A stretch of 56,237 bases of DNA, counting the filler, from Sphacelaria rigidula (lineage: Eukaryota), in NCBI GenBank assembly GCA_964200075.2. It is 3 parts of 3 records of this genome, joined end to end, with 100 filler letters (N's around TTAATTAATTAA, not from the genome) between each part and the next. Parts side by side here need not be neighbours in the genome. Positions count along the whole stretch, not along the records: positions 18,789 to 37,472 come from CAXNAA020000815.1; positions 37,573 to 56,237 come from CAXNAA020000816.1; 1 more part is not named here. One strand, 5' to 3'. The notes below the pieces were generated by a model. That model did no database searches, was not told the DNA's origin, and saw only the letters and a program-made list of their open reading frames with translations. The translations under genes and the position numbers were made by a program. Of the stretch, positions 35,174 to 49,400 are shown one piece after another. Positions within the stretch are counted from its first letter, which is position 1. Each line of letters begins with the position of its first letter.

Positions 35174-35524
35174 TAGTTGTTTGCAGCTGAAATACAGGAT
35201 TACTGTATTTTTTTCGTAGTCAACGATCTGCAACAATTTTTCGGGTGCCACCGCTCATCCAAATAAACTTTTGATGCCGAAGGTTGCTGATCGGGAGATA
35301 CTAAGTATCCGCGTCACACTCCGAACAACAATCTTCTCTGCGCTCGAAATTGAACAACTTATGTGCTGAAGTGACAGGGGGTGTTATTGATCGTTCTTGG
35401 TCCAAAATGCGTTTCTTTTTGGCTCTAGTGCGATGAATACGCAAAACTAACACAAATATCTGCGAAATCATTCACGAGAGCGATCGGGATTGGTTCACCC
35501 CCTCCCCCCCCCCCCCTCACCATG

Positions 35525-35890
35525 TCTCGAAAGGGATGCGTGGTCAATGGTCAAACGACTAAGGCAAGCAACAAATGAGTACGCCCCCCCCCCCTCACCA
35601 TGAGGCAGTGTATAAGCCGTGGCTGTCTCTGGAAGTTGCGATACCAGATAATGAAGAAACTCATCGGAGGCTGCCATTCAAATGCAAGATAACCAGTAGG
35701 CTTGGGGCTGAACAAGCTTAGCAGGATGCAGCTACGCGCTTGGTGATTGAGTGCGAGCGTGGTCCGGCGAAAACCCGGCGTGCTCCGTCCCGTCTTATGA
35801 CTATGGCATGCATGATCATGAGTACACCCCTCATCCCCCCCTCCGACCCCCGACACCCGACCCCCGACCCCCGAACCCCCCCCCCGATCC
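35525..35890 (+). mobile_element. Two adjacent retroelement 3' ends with C-rich tails
   Basis: 35525-35595 matches the reverse complement of 16740-16810. 35598-35830 matches 18030-18335. CCCCGA-like tail to ~35890. Confidence 0.65.
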
Positions 35891-36031
35891 TCCTTCAAGG
35901 ACCCGAGCCGGCGATATAACGTGCATTTCGGTTATGCGGTGGGTCATGATTGGACATTTTGACAGGAGTTTTGTATCATCAGTACGCAAAAATGCGCAGA
36001 AGCTGCAAAGAACAAAACAACAAAACCATCA

Positions 36032-38219
36032 CGAGCTGGGCCAGCCTATAAACGGATTTAAGCTCTCAAAGGTATATCTCAACGACACAGACGAGTTGGC
36101 CCGTGATCCGCACATCGTATTAATCGTCTAATCAAGGGGAAGGTGCTCATCTGCTCGAAAATCTGGGGGCACTTTTTTTCTCGTCCATTGAACCCCATGT
36201 CTAGTAATTTCTGTACCTAGCGGATATAGCGTCCACACTAAAATCTATGTGGAACCCCGAACGATCGATTAAGCGGATGATGACGATTTTTGTTGTGGGC
36301 CTTCCCTGGAGCACGGGATAATGATAGATACCCTCAGCTCACCAAATTCGTAATCCATCCCGACATATGGCGCATATAGATTTCAATATTAAAATCAGTA
36401 TATTACAAGCAGAGGCACTAGATGACCTAAATCTGGATATCGCGTCTCAGTTTTTGAGAGTTGTGCTATGGAATTTGGTATTGAGAACTGCTAGTGCACG
36501 ATGAAATAAAGAACACAGCTTTTTCCTTCTTTTTTTTTTCGTTTTTTTTCAATTTGTTTCGTGTTTTCAGGGGAGTTTTGAGCAGAAAGGAACATTGCTC
36601 TTGGGCCTNNNNNNNNNCAATTTTTTTTTTTTTGTTTTGAAACTTGGCATGGAGAACGACAGAGGTATCCTGAGTGAAAAAAAAAATGGGCCTCCGTTTT
36701 ATTTTATTTCATGAGAGGTTCGGGCGTTCTCGTCAAAAAATGGTCGTTAACATACTAAAACGCCCACAATCAGTGAAAAAAGAAATAGAAACCGACCTCA
36801 CATATGTTCTTGGTTCATCATGACCTGGCGAGGTCCCGCACAAAATTTCAACCCACAAATACCAAACGTGGGCCCATAAACGGTGTGCAAAACACTGTTC
36901 CGAATTCCCCGGCCCGGTTTTTCAAACGTAAATTCGCAATTTTTTTCTTGGAGTTGGACAGTGAAACTTGGTATGGACAATCAATAGGACATGAAGAAAA
37001 GCTGTCTATGAGGTCCCGATTTTTTTTTTTCAATGAGTTAAGGGCAATAATCAGTTTCGAGGTTTTAGTAACATATCCTTCACTCACGAAAAAAAAAAAC
37101 TTCGGGACCTCACAGATAGCTTTTCTTCATGCCTTATTATAGGTATCTCAAACTCGGCTTCCGGTATCCTGGTTTATTCGTTGGCTCTGAGTTGTGTATT
37201 ATTTTTTCAAGTGAAAGTGATCGCGATTCACGGGAGAACCTGACCCGGCGGTCAAAGGGTCTCATCATTTGATGAATCGGCATCACTATCACTTGAAAAA
37301 GTAGAACGAAACAAGCCAGGATGCCGCAAGCCGAGTTCGAGATATCTCTATCGATTGTCCATACCAAATTTCACTTTCCAACTCGAGGAAAAAAATTGCC
37401 AAGTCTCCTTCTTCTTTTTTCCCTCACACTTTGAACCCCTCCCCTTCCTCGGGATGAGGCCGTGGTCTCAAGNNNNNNNNNNNNNNNNNNNNNNNNNNNN
37501 NNNNNNNNNNNNNNNNTTAATTAATTAANNNNNNNNNNNNNNNNNNNNNNNNNNNNNNNNNNNNNNNNNNNNAACTAACGTCAAGTTTCTGAGTTCTACT
37601 TTTACATCTGTGATTTCAAACTTGGCATGGAGGACCAGGAAGGTACTCGGAAAAAAAAAAAAAAAAGTGGGCCTTCACTTTTTTCTTGTCATGGTGGTTA
37701 GGGCTTTATAGTGAAAAAATGGTCTTTACCATGCTAACACGCCCTCAACCGGTGAAAAAATGAAAACAAAAAAATCTGGTCCACTGAGTTTTGTTGATTA
37801 TGCCCTGGCGAGGGCCGACACAAGTTTTCAATACACGAAAACCAAACGTGGGCCGGTGAGCGGCCGGCGAAATACTGTTCCGAATTCCTACCGATCCGGT
37901 TTTTAGAAGGCGAATGCGCCGGCCAATATTTGGAGTTAGACCATGAAATTTGGTATGGATAATGCATGGGGCATAATAAAAAATCGTAAAGAAGCACATT
38001 GAAGTTTTTTTTCCGTGAGATGAGGGCAATGATCAGTTTTCAGGTTTCAGCAAAACGCCCTTATCTCACGAAAAAAAACAAAAAACCTTAATGTGCTTTT
38101 TCATGATTTTTTATTATGACCCATGCATTATCCATACCAAATTTCATGGTCTAACTCCAAATATTGGCCGGCGCATCCGCCTGCAAGCTTTCATGCAGCC
38201 TCTAGGCTGGCCCAGCTCG
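36032..38219. mobile_element. CGAGCTGGGCC-family TIR element(s) spanning an assembly gap
   Basis: Left end 36032; right end TAGGCTGGCCCAGCTCG|TA at 38219. An ~85-bp inverted repeat with few mismatches lies at 37914-38000 / 38090-38176. The two halves may be different copies joined at the gap. Confidence 0.7.
37473..37572. other. Assembly gap with artificial TTAATTAATTAA linker
   Basis: N44-TTAATTAATTAA-N44. A further 9-N gap lies at 36609-36617. Confidence 0.95.
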
Positions 38220-40418
38220 TAGCGATTTGGGGTGCTTGCAGTTTGACTTTGGCCAAAAAGTAAGTCACGCAAACCTTCCAGATTCACGAAGTAGTGCTGT
38301 CGAAGGGTCAAATGGTTTTTCGTTTCTTTAGGGCGTGCGAATTTGGGGGTGGGGATTTTCCGCAAACCTGAGGCACAAAATCAAAACACCACCCAGCCAC
38401 GCCGTATGTGCCGCCTCTACAGGCTGATTCGCATTTACGAACCAAAATTCACTGATCAGAAAATGTCTTCCACGATACCCGCCAAATTGTCGAATGCATG
38501 ATTTCACACTGACCACCGTGGGTTACTGAAGAGCGTGACAGCCGGATTTTTGTTCAAGACGCTAGTAGTGGCGACGCTAAGGGCGAAAAAAGACCAAGAA
38601 CGTACTTCAATCAATGAGCGACCATAAAAAACGTTCTGAAAATGATGAACATGATTCAGTATCCCGACACAAATTCTGCCCAATTGTCACATTTTCCACA
38701 CTGTAACAACCGCCATCAGCGCGGGAATCTAACAGGAAAACAACTTTGAAAACGGTTTCCATGGGATCGAATTCCACCCAAAACCGTGGTATTTCGCTGA
38801 TGTGGGGTTTTCACGCCGTGGGACTCCACCTTTGATATGCACTCAAGACTCAGAAAACTTCCCGGCGGCTTTCCTTTTATCGTTGTAGAACGCTCCGACC
38901 GCCCTCAAACGTGGCCGTTCGGTATTGTTGCTCCAAAGGAAAAAAACGAATTGGTGAAAATATTTTGAAGTTCTCTCCGTCCTTGATCGGCTTCCGGGAG
39001 TTTCCGCATGAAAACCCCCGGAACCCCGTACAGACTGCCCCGTAGAAAAAAATATATACAATGCGTCCTGGGATAGTCTAAGGAACATTCGTACGAAATG
39101 TCGTTACCTAACCAAAGAAATTGATGCGATTGGGTCATTATAACGTAAAATGTACCCGAAAAAGTGGTTTCATACTAAAATGAAGTAGTTACGAGTCAGC
39201 ATCTTTCAAGCTCACTTTATCGCACAAAAGCTCAAACGTTCACCGGTTCTTAGTATTGGACTGAAAAATTCCACACATACACCATGGGGCATTCGAGACT
39301 TTTAGGGGGCGTTTTTTTCGCTGGTTCTATGGGATCCAAAAATGGTATGTTTCTCACAGGACTCTGGGGGCCCCGGAAACTGGCGAAAAATAACTGAAAA
39401 CACGTGGCGTGAAATCTTTGTGATGCCTTATAGTAGATATGTGCTGAACTGAAGTCTAACTCCAAGAATCGACCTAAATATTTGGGAATGAGTGCATTTT
39501 GAATTTTGGGTCGAAAGCGTAAACCAGCCTGCAGCCTCTAGCACGTACACCCCACCAAATAAAGCAGGATGTTCGGCAACGACTGTTTGCGTTGACCCAC
39601 ACACGCACGTACTACTTACTTTTGGCGTGAAAATCCTACTCCTGTTCTCAGTCGACAAAGCTCTGCTGACCGTGCCTAATGCACGAATAACAATGACGCG
39701 CGGCACAAAGATGGCAACGGCCCCTTTCATGACTGTGCCATCTCTACACCAAAAATAACTATTCTGGACCGTACCAGCATGAGTCTTGTTAGCGCCCACT
39801 AGGGAACGGGGCGTTCAAGGGGTTGAGGTACACATGAATACATCGGCATGTACTTTGAACACCGCATGGCCTTCACAGGCTACGACTACGGCTACAGCGC
39901 ATGGTGTTGAGCGGCGCATTGAGTGCGCCGAGCACGTGGAAGACATGGATTTAGAGCAACACCTCGGTAACTGGAAAGCCCGCAATACATCAACAGGTGA
40001 CAACAAAAATTGGGCGGCTGTGTCCGATCCCGCCTGACGTCCGATTCACTCAATGCTCGGTCTACCACGCTGGTCAACAGATAACTCTAAAGATTACTAT
40101 GAACAAGTTGCTTCAGCGAACAATAGTGCACAGGGTGTATCATCAACGCACTGCTACGGGTAGTACACCAAGCAATCAATGGCGCCGTTTTAGAATATCA
40201 CAACTCGTCTCCCAAAGCCCGTCCCTGAGCATACCTTCTATCTACAAATGGATAGTACTTTGACAACCAGCCGGTAACGCGGCAAATTTGTTGAGCACGC
40301 TGCGGCGTATAACTGATCAACAACAATACCACACACTGGAAGTCAGGACAGAAATGTAGACAAAGCAACACCATTTGGCGGTCAGAGCATATCAACACAT
40401 GGCCCGGGCGTCCCTTGT

Positions 40419-43400
40419 TCACTTCGCGGTGCGTCGTTGGTCGGTGATGTCATCTGTTTTCCGTCCGCACATACCACAAATTCCTGTCAGCATGTCGTGG
40501 GCGGAGTCAGTGGGTGATGGGATTTCTTGTAGAGTGAGAAACGAAAACATGCTTGCCGTGGGACACTGTTAGAAGGTAACATTTTCCCCACGCACTTGGT
40601 GCTCGTTTGGACATGTACCATGCCAGACTGCACGAATCGTGAGTCAGCAGAAAAGACATTTCCACGACTAAGGCGGGGGGTTCAGATGTCAATTCAAGTG
40701 GGTTGATTACTCCTACAGACATTATAGTTTGCCTGCAATGTGCGCGGGGGTCGGTAGTTGTACCGCGTACCCTACAATACCATGACTTTCGTCGTACGAG
40801 ACCAGTTGCGCTTAAAATGAGGGTACATCATTAAGGCTGTACATCATTAAGGCTGCACATTCGAGGACCCGTGCGGCATCTTGACAGCGATGTCGAAGAG
40901 CCAACTGCGAACAGGGCCAACCCCACGAAACAGGGAGCCACGTACCTTTCGAGAAAGCACATTCTTGGCAATAGTGGTGATCCTGGTTCACCTTGGACTT
41001 GCAGATACGGCACACACGCGTGATTGGAGTATACCTGAGCAGATCGGGTCGCGAAGACATTTTTTGGGTAGTACGACACGAATATTTGAAAAAACGCAGC
41101 CAAATGCTTGTGAGGCTAACGCAACATAGCAAACCACCCTCCACGTTCACCAATGCCCCACTCGAACACTGACAGTCTCGGAAGCCTCCTTAAGTTCCAC
41201 CATCGACACGCATTTGTACCTTTAACCTCACCTGTTATTGCGACGCTTCGCCGCCCCGTGCTTGAGCAACATGTTCTCGTGACCTACCCGGCGACCTCCG
41301 CTATCCCCCCCAGTGGTGTTACGAGCTCCATCTTTCCACTGACGTAATTTTCGTAGGGGAGATACAAATCAAGTACGGAATAAATATAGAGAATATGAGT
41401 AGCAAAATAGATGCATTCAATAATAAATGGATGGACAGCTTTCGCTTAACAGTAGGTGTGTATTCAGGTTACCCCTGCGTGTGATTACCATCTTTATATT
41501 TGACACACCTACTCGAAAGCCCAACCACTGTCGTTGTCCATCCCTGTCTGGGTAACGTTCATCAGTCCTTGCTGGGTAGATGGGGTCTCACGCTCGCTCT
41601 TGTCCGTCTACATCACATCCCGGTCTCGCCTACAGCAGTTCCTACGGCCGAGACGTATCACACATCCCGTGGCCCCCTACTGAGTAAGAAGCTTTTTCCC
41701 GAGCATCTACACTCCTGGGTGAGGTGGAATGTACCCACCATCTGCGGCTTCCTCAAACTGTGCGGTATAGCTCGGCGGGTGGTAATTCATCTTTGACCTT
41801 GACTCAGTGTCTACTCGTACATAAAAGATACGTGAAACACTACTGAGAGCGGGGTGGGTGAGGTGTGCGATCAACATATCTTGAATTTATTTCAGGTCTC
41901 GCGGCTGTGAGGGAAGGGCTAATGTGACGAGAGAATGAAGAAGGAGCCCCTTTTTGTTCGAGGACACGCAGCAGTACTTGCAATACTTGCCGCTGTTACC
42001 CTCTGACCATGCAGGTGTGTCCATCTCGTGGATCGGCATTTTTTTCATCAAAGAAGAAATTTCAGTATCAGGTATCACGTCTTCATCTACCGGCGTTCAA
42101 AGTGTTGATAACCACGAAGACAAATATTTCCGAGAATGCACGCTTTCACCACGAATACACTATGGGCTTGGTTAGTGGGCGCATGAGTTGTCTTTTGTAC
42201 AATACAGTATTTGCAGTTTCCCCCTGAAAGGTGGAGAGATTACGCATGGCGTGTGAGCCACCTTTATTCCTCATAATAGCTGCCGCTCACTTCTTGCACT
42301 CACCTGCCTACGACCCTGCATCCGCATAGCCTACACAAAAATATCCATGCCTCCGCGGCTCCACACGTGATAATCAGAACAACACCTGATTTGTCTGTTG
42401 TTGCATTTGCACTTCTTGCACCTCGAAGACAGTACAACGTTACAGTTATGGGCGCGCCTGACCCCCCAAAATGGGCAAAAAATGTGTCACCGACCAATAT
42501 CACGAACAGACACGAACAGACCGAGTTCTGGGGCTTATCCAGGCTCGTGGAGTAAAATGCGCCTTACGTCATCGGAAGAGAACGGCATGGAAAAAAAATT
42601 CATATCGAAAAAAAGTGGACTGCCGTCTAAAACCAGAACCCTACCGTTATTTCCGCTGTTCCTCATATATTACATGCCACGGCGTCACCTTTCGTCCACG
42701 CTTGCGATACCCTGGCATGCAAGGAGGCTGATTGGGTTGAACCGACCCAACGCACACCGAGAACACTCGGGCAAGGGTGGTACACACATTCCCTGAAGAA
42801 AGTGAGGCCTTGGTAGACCCCAAATCAGCTTCTGTGGCGTTGATTTCAACGAAAACGCGTTGTGCGCACCCGAGGAGTACACGGGACCGTCAGCCGTACA
42901 AAAATTCCGATTCTCGTTGTACGCACTCAAATCAAGTAATATCAACCATGAACATTTGTAGCCCAACGCCGGTAAGTGAAACCAGAAAGCTGAACCATTT
43001 TTGCGCGGATCAAAGTTGGGTCAACATGATGTGCTCAACATGCGACAAAGCCAGATGTACTGATGAACTTCAGCGAAGTCGGTCCTAACACAGACGAGCG
43101 GAGTGCAAATAGTCACCAGGTGTGTGTTGTGGACTGGGCGGGTGTTGGTCCACCACCTCGTCATGGTTTGAGGAGCTTGATTCATAGGCTGCCATGATTC
43201 CACAACTTTGGTCGGACGAATGACTCGCGTTTCAGAGTGTATTTGTTGTTCCATGGCCATGGCTTTTCATTCGATGAATATGATATTAGGCCGTGTCTTA
43301 TCATTTTTTTTCCGACCCGAAAACATGCGGTCGAATCGAACTGGTCGTTGCGAGACCGAATCTGATACGTCCACGGCATTTATGTTCCTAGATGGCTTCA

Positions 43401-46400
43401 AGTCCGTTTTATAATTAGTTGCGCGCGACGGGCAGGGTCAAAAACAGAAAAGCTTAGTTTTTTCGAGCGAAACGAGCGGCGGAATGAACGAAGCGGCACG
43501 TAACTTCCATTTTGCAGACAACCGTGCCAGATACTACCCTTTCACATAGGTACGCAAAACCCAAATGGTTCATTCGCAGCTACCTACTCAACCTTGCGGC
43601 ACAAATCACGAACTGAACGGAGGCATACATACACTGCAGTGAGGGATAGAAACGGACATCACCACTGTTTTGCCATGGTGTGTTCCTTTTTGTTGGTGAA
43701 AACTTGGGCATCTAATTTTGTAGCATGGTCCACCCACGGAATTGCGTGTTGGGGTGGGCGATTGAATTGCCAACGCGCTCATGGACATTCGAGGAGGCAA
43801 AACTGCACATGGTTTAAATCTGCTTCGCATCCTCTTGTATGCAGAGAGTCAGAAAGCTGTGCTATCTGTCAAATCAGCTGTATGTCGCACTGCCCGCTTC
43901 TTTTCCACATTGCGGCTGCATGCTGAGCGAAACACACGCACTATCTACACAACACAGTAATACAGGCTGCCACTGTTGTACAGTCTGTACTTGATTGATT
44001 GATATATAGATAAAGAAGTACCTATGTTGAGACAACCCTGCCAGATACCACCCTTTCACAGAATTACGCAAAACCCAAATGGTTCATTCGCAGCTACGTG
44101 CCCTACCCTGCGGCATAGATCACGAACTCAGCGCAGGGATATATGCTGCAGCAGTGAAAGGAAACCGACACCACCACACTTTTAGCATGATGTGTTTCTT
44201 CTTGTTGGCAAAAACTTGGGCATCTAATTTTGTGGCAGGGTCCACCGACGGAGTGGCGTGTCGGGGCGGGCGATCAAATTGCGAAGGTGGTGATGGCCAG
44301 TACAGGCGATGAAAAAACGCACGTGGTTCAAATCCGCTTCGCATCCTCCTGAACGCAGCGAGTCAGAAAGCTGTGCTGTCTGTCAAATCTGCTGTGTGTC
44401 GCGTTGCCCTCTTCTTTTCCACATCGCGCCCGCATGCTGTGCGAAACACACACCACGTGGACAACAGTACAGTACAGGCCGCCACTGCTGTACAGTCTGT
44501 ACTGTCTGCTCTGTACTGCATATTGATTATAAGTAAAGAAGTACCGCTTCACGAATTTCGCTTCGCCTTTTCGATTCAAAGCGTGCGAATTCGCTTGGAC
44601 CCAAACATGGGAAAGCGAAGTGAATCAATTCCACCGCACGAACTCGTTCGAGTCGGAAAAAAATTGAAAAGACCCCGCCTTAAAGCTCCTTGACCGCGAC
44701 GGTTTGGTCACATGCTGAATCGGCATCATTTTCCACTTGAAAAAAGTGTGCACGATCCAGATGGACTACCCTCGCAGTCTAGGGGTTCATCGGACCTCAA
44801 AGATGTTTTGCAAGAGGGAATGAAAACAAACGGTCGTCCGTCACCCACCATTGCCGATGCAACAGATGCCTGTCTTGGGATGGGTGGGTCGACTGAAAGA
44901 CATGATTGGGGCTTCGGTGCCATGTGGTTTCAGCGAAAGTGGGCCAACGACTTTGTGTCGTCTTGGCGCAGTATACTTTCCCATTAGGGAGCGTGAGTCG
45001 GTCAATCTTGATCTTACTGTGAAAACCGAAATCCGGATCTTTCATGCGGGCTGTGCTCCTAGCATTCTACTAGCGTCCCTGAACGCGTTCTTGTCTAATT
45101 CGGCGCCTGGGGCGCCGATTCGAGGTCTGGCAACGCACCCTTCGCCTACGAAACACGTTGCACCCGCCTTGCCCGATGGTTCTCGGTATGCCTTCGTTAG
45201 GGCCAGTGTTATAATTTGTTCTCTCCGCTGCTGCGAGGTCGCGAACATGATTCTTGCTTCCGGGGGCTCGGTCGAAGGTTCAGATTCTGCAACATTCCAC
45301 ATATCCGATGTATCAACCATCTGCACTATCACGAGTCATTCATGGGTGTCATCTATTCCGAGGCCGTTACACAGGGGTGAGGGTTTCGCGTTTTGTCGAG
45401 ACCGGCGAGGGTTGGAGGTGCGTGTTTGCGATCACAGCCCAATCTGTTCCAGAGAATACTCATCGCCACGGCCATCGATTGGGATGCGACTTTTTGCATC
45501 ATCTGCGCCAAGACGACGGCTACAATTCCACCGGTTGATTTTTTTTTTTCAAATCAGGATGCGAGTTTTATGACGAATTAAGTGAAAAAAACAGGTTTTT
45601 TGCGATTTTTTTTCTCGATCACCGTAATGTCTTAGGTAAAACCAACCGGTAAAATTGTAGCTAGGATAAATACACGCCGGTGAGTAGCCGAGCCACGCCG
45701 TGGTTTGTCCTCCGGAACAAGAAAACTTCAAAAGCGTGCGATGGAAACCCTACTCGAATCACAAGTACTTTGAGGGATTTTGCGGCGTGCATAGTCAGAG
45801 GATGCACGTCATCTCCGGTCTGTTCGTGCTTTTGGTCGGTGACACTTTTTGGGCTCATTTTGGGGGGTCAGGCACGCCCATAACAGTACAGCGCGGTGCA
45901 GCATCGTGTAGCAGAGTAAGTTGTACATGTCTCGGCAAGCGCAAGGGAAAGATAAAAGTCGCACACGATGGCTTCGCCACTGCTGCACCCCCAATCGCCC
46001 TTCTTCCCTCCTAAGAGCAGCCAAGTAAACAGTACTGGTGTCTTGTGTAACAATGCACGTTTAAAAAGGTTCGACGACCATTGCTCGAGTGTCGGTGGCA
46101 CCCTGCTCTCCCTGGTATACTTGTGAGGGTGTTTGACCATCATTATTTTATATTTCAAACGAATGGAGCGACGTCGATGAGCCAGGTGCAATCTCTCGCT
46201 CTTTCAGTGAAATGAAGTGCGTGTGTACGTTCTTGTGTTTTTGCGGCGGCTCGTCAGGGGTGTCTTGATTTTAGTCTTGGGGTCCCATGTCCGGGGGCGC
46301 CGGCGACAGTCGAACAGAGGTTGCAGAAGTATCGCTGAACGTGTGTGCATGAGCAGGCCGCCTGGGCGGTGCTGCAGAATATCAGGACAGTGCAGCGCTC

Positions 46401-49400
46401 TCTGGGCAATATTACAGTACAACAGTGGAGAGCGACTATGTCGGGGGTGCACAAAGTTCGACCTAACGGTCGACGAGGAAAAGGGCCTACTGAACCCCTC
46501 TCGCAATAAAAAATAAAGGCAAGCACCGCAGAAGGAAGATGGAGTACTGAAAACAAACAATAAATAAATAACTCCTGTGTTGACCTTCCCTCTGTGTGAC
46601 CCCGGCTGGTGCGCCCACATATACCGAAAGGTGTAGACCGGCGTCCAGAATAAATGAGACGACAACACACACAGTCACGCCAATCTACTTGTACGATCAA
46701 TACAGGACGGCACGAGTACTCGTGCTAACCCTTTCTCCCCAGTTAACCTTTTATTTTGACCGCCAGGTTAGGTCATATTGGTATCCCTCTCATTTTTGAA
46801 GCGAAAAGGACGCCGATTCCACAGAACAACGCCGGCAGTTGAGTGGCTGGGTCTTTCGGGTCTTCCACTTATTTTTTAGTGAAAATGATGCCAATTCAAC
46901 GGCTTACCCATCGTGGCAATGAAAAGGATTGCCTAGAGGAGAACGTTTTTTTCGTATCCGGGGTTTCAAATTATGGTACAACATAGAAGTTCAGCGAAGA
47001 ATGTGTCCATATCCACATATGAGTGCCCTCATCAAGTGTGGATTTCGATGTCGACCTCCTGCGTGGTCCTAGTATACCACACGACAGAACACGTTGATAG
47101 CCAGAAAGGTACATCGACGGGCATACTGCAACTTTCAATTATTTGCTTCGTTTGTCAGAGTGTATATAAGATATCTACTTATTCCTTGTACATACTTTTT
47201 TTCAACAATCTTGCGACAACGTTCCGGTAGGTTGCATCCGCGATGATGAGCCCACAAAGAGAGGGTAGAGAGTTGCAATATGCGCCTCAAGGTACTCCTC
47301 CGGCCACAAGTGCAGCGCTGCTGGATTGTAGTGCAGTACAGCCAAGACAACAAACTTGTAGCGTCCGTGCAAGACGGTAGCACTCCCCTCTTGCCTAGTT
47401 TCCACCTGAAGCAACACAGTAACAAACCGAGTGAGGAGGCCAAGAGCGCCCCCCTGACATAAATACAGGATTACGTCCTTCAACGTCGGCCTCTTTCCTA
47501 GTTCTCCAGCCGCGATGCCAAAATGTATGGCGTGTACCCGTGGGTAGATGAGTCTATCTCCTCTCGGACTCTGCTTATGTTGGACTCGTCCCAAGAAAGG
47601 TGAGGGGTTAAAATACGAAAGACTCGAGTATACCTTTTACTTTCTCCGCCACAAAAAAGGTATGCGGAAATCTGGCTAGCTTGTGCTACCCATACATCAT
47701 ATGCGCGAATTTGGCGGAAATTCGTCCGGGCGTACCTGGAGCTGCCGTTTGCCCAAACTAAAATCAACCATACAGGCTGATAAAAAAGACAGTAGACCAT
47801 GCATACCCCATACCAGGAGTAGAGCACAGCGTAGCACAGCACCGCACCGTACCGAGCAGTTGAGTGACATGCCCACTTGTATCTGATCCCGTCACCGACA
47901 GACACGACTCCCAACTCGATTTTAGGGCAGCGACCGATGGTGTTCGTGAGTCAAGCCAACGACGAGCACAAAGCTCGGCACAGCGCAGGACAGGCGGTAT
48001 AATTGATCGATATATCGCAGCCGAATCTATGTTCTTGGTGGATTTTGCCCCCGATAACACCTCTGCAAGTCGTGACTGGATAGAGCACGCATGAGACACA
48101 GACTCTTCTGTTGCTGGGTATTACAGTCGTCGCATTCTGACGGTTCCGTTGCTGTCCAAGCTGCTTGGCGTGTGTATATTGCACACACTGGCGTTGATTT
48201 GTGTCTTCAGAGGAGGGTGTGCAAGCGCCGGCTCTTTCATGAATTTCCCCTACTCTAAAAAATACTGAATTATCACGTAGTGATGATATGTCCGAACTCT
48301 AATCAAGTACTCTACTCCGAAGTAAAACATGCCCCGGTAGGAGGCAAGTCGTCTAAAAAGCGTTGCATCGTTGTCATGTTCGCCTCGGTATAACCACTTG
48401 ATACGGGGCAGGTGTTGCTATGCCATCGCATCGCCTCGGTACGCTTTTCCTCTATTAATAATGAAAAATGCCCATTTCTGGCCGCTTGTCGCTTGATCGC
48501 TCTACCCTCCAGTGACGTGGTCGATTTTGCACCACCCGAAAATAAAAAAAGACTCCGTCAGCACTACATTAATGTAGCTAACACGCCCTAGGGCTCAAAA
48601 GGGTGAACAGGGGCTGAAGTAAGGCGAGTACCCTCATTCCATATGGTTGTGAAAAGGTTATGGGCAAAAGGTGGATATCGAAGACGCTCTGATATAACAA
48701 TCCAATCCCTTGGAATCCGCCACATTCAGGTACAATAGGGCTTTCAGGTACAAGTATTTTGTACTGTATAGGTTTCCGAGAAAAGACGGTACTCAGGGGC
48801 TGTCTTGAAAGAAAAGGCTAGCGAGAAAATGTCACCCAACTGATTCTTGTCGTCGTCAATCGTCATGAGTCCAGGCGAATTTCACGAAGTCCTTAAAAAA
48901 CGGAGATGATGTTACGAACCACTGCGAATATCACTCCTCACCTTGAAGCTCAATAGCCCACAGCGTAGCTCTCCATCAGCTGGTTGATTTTGGGTTTGGT
49001 TTGGTTTCAATCGGCCGTGAAACCGAAAGGACAACCTTGGCGCATACTCCTGTTGCTCGCCCAATATCACACCAACGCCGCTGAAGAGCATAGCACCATA
49101 CTGCGGTGGACTATGGCTACCTCTGAAGGGCTCAGGTGTCTGGCGTAAGTGTCTATAGATGGCGCGGCATGCCTTGAAACGTTGGGCGCACATGTTAAAA
49201 GGTTGCACATTACAACCACGTGAGGGAAAACGGACCTTCTTCCTATTTGCATAAGGCTGTTTGCGCCCCATCTTCTAGCTGGGGAGGGTAAGACTTTCGA
49301 TTTTTAGTCTTCTGCTCAGGCGTGAAGAATCATGACCTGGTCCGAGAGACAGCCCGGAAATTTTCCCGACAGTCATTTATCACGCCATTTCAAGAGATAG

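Noticed and set aside
44851-45573. 240-aa plus-strand ORF inside CRIPT intron 1
   Set aside because: No recognisable domain, atypical composition, and it lies within a TIR element.
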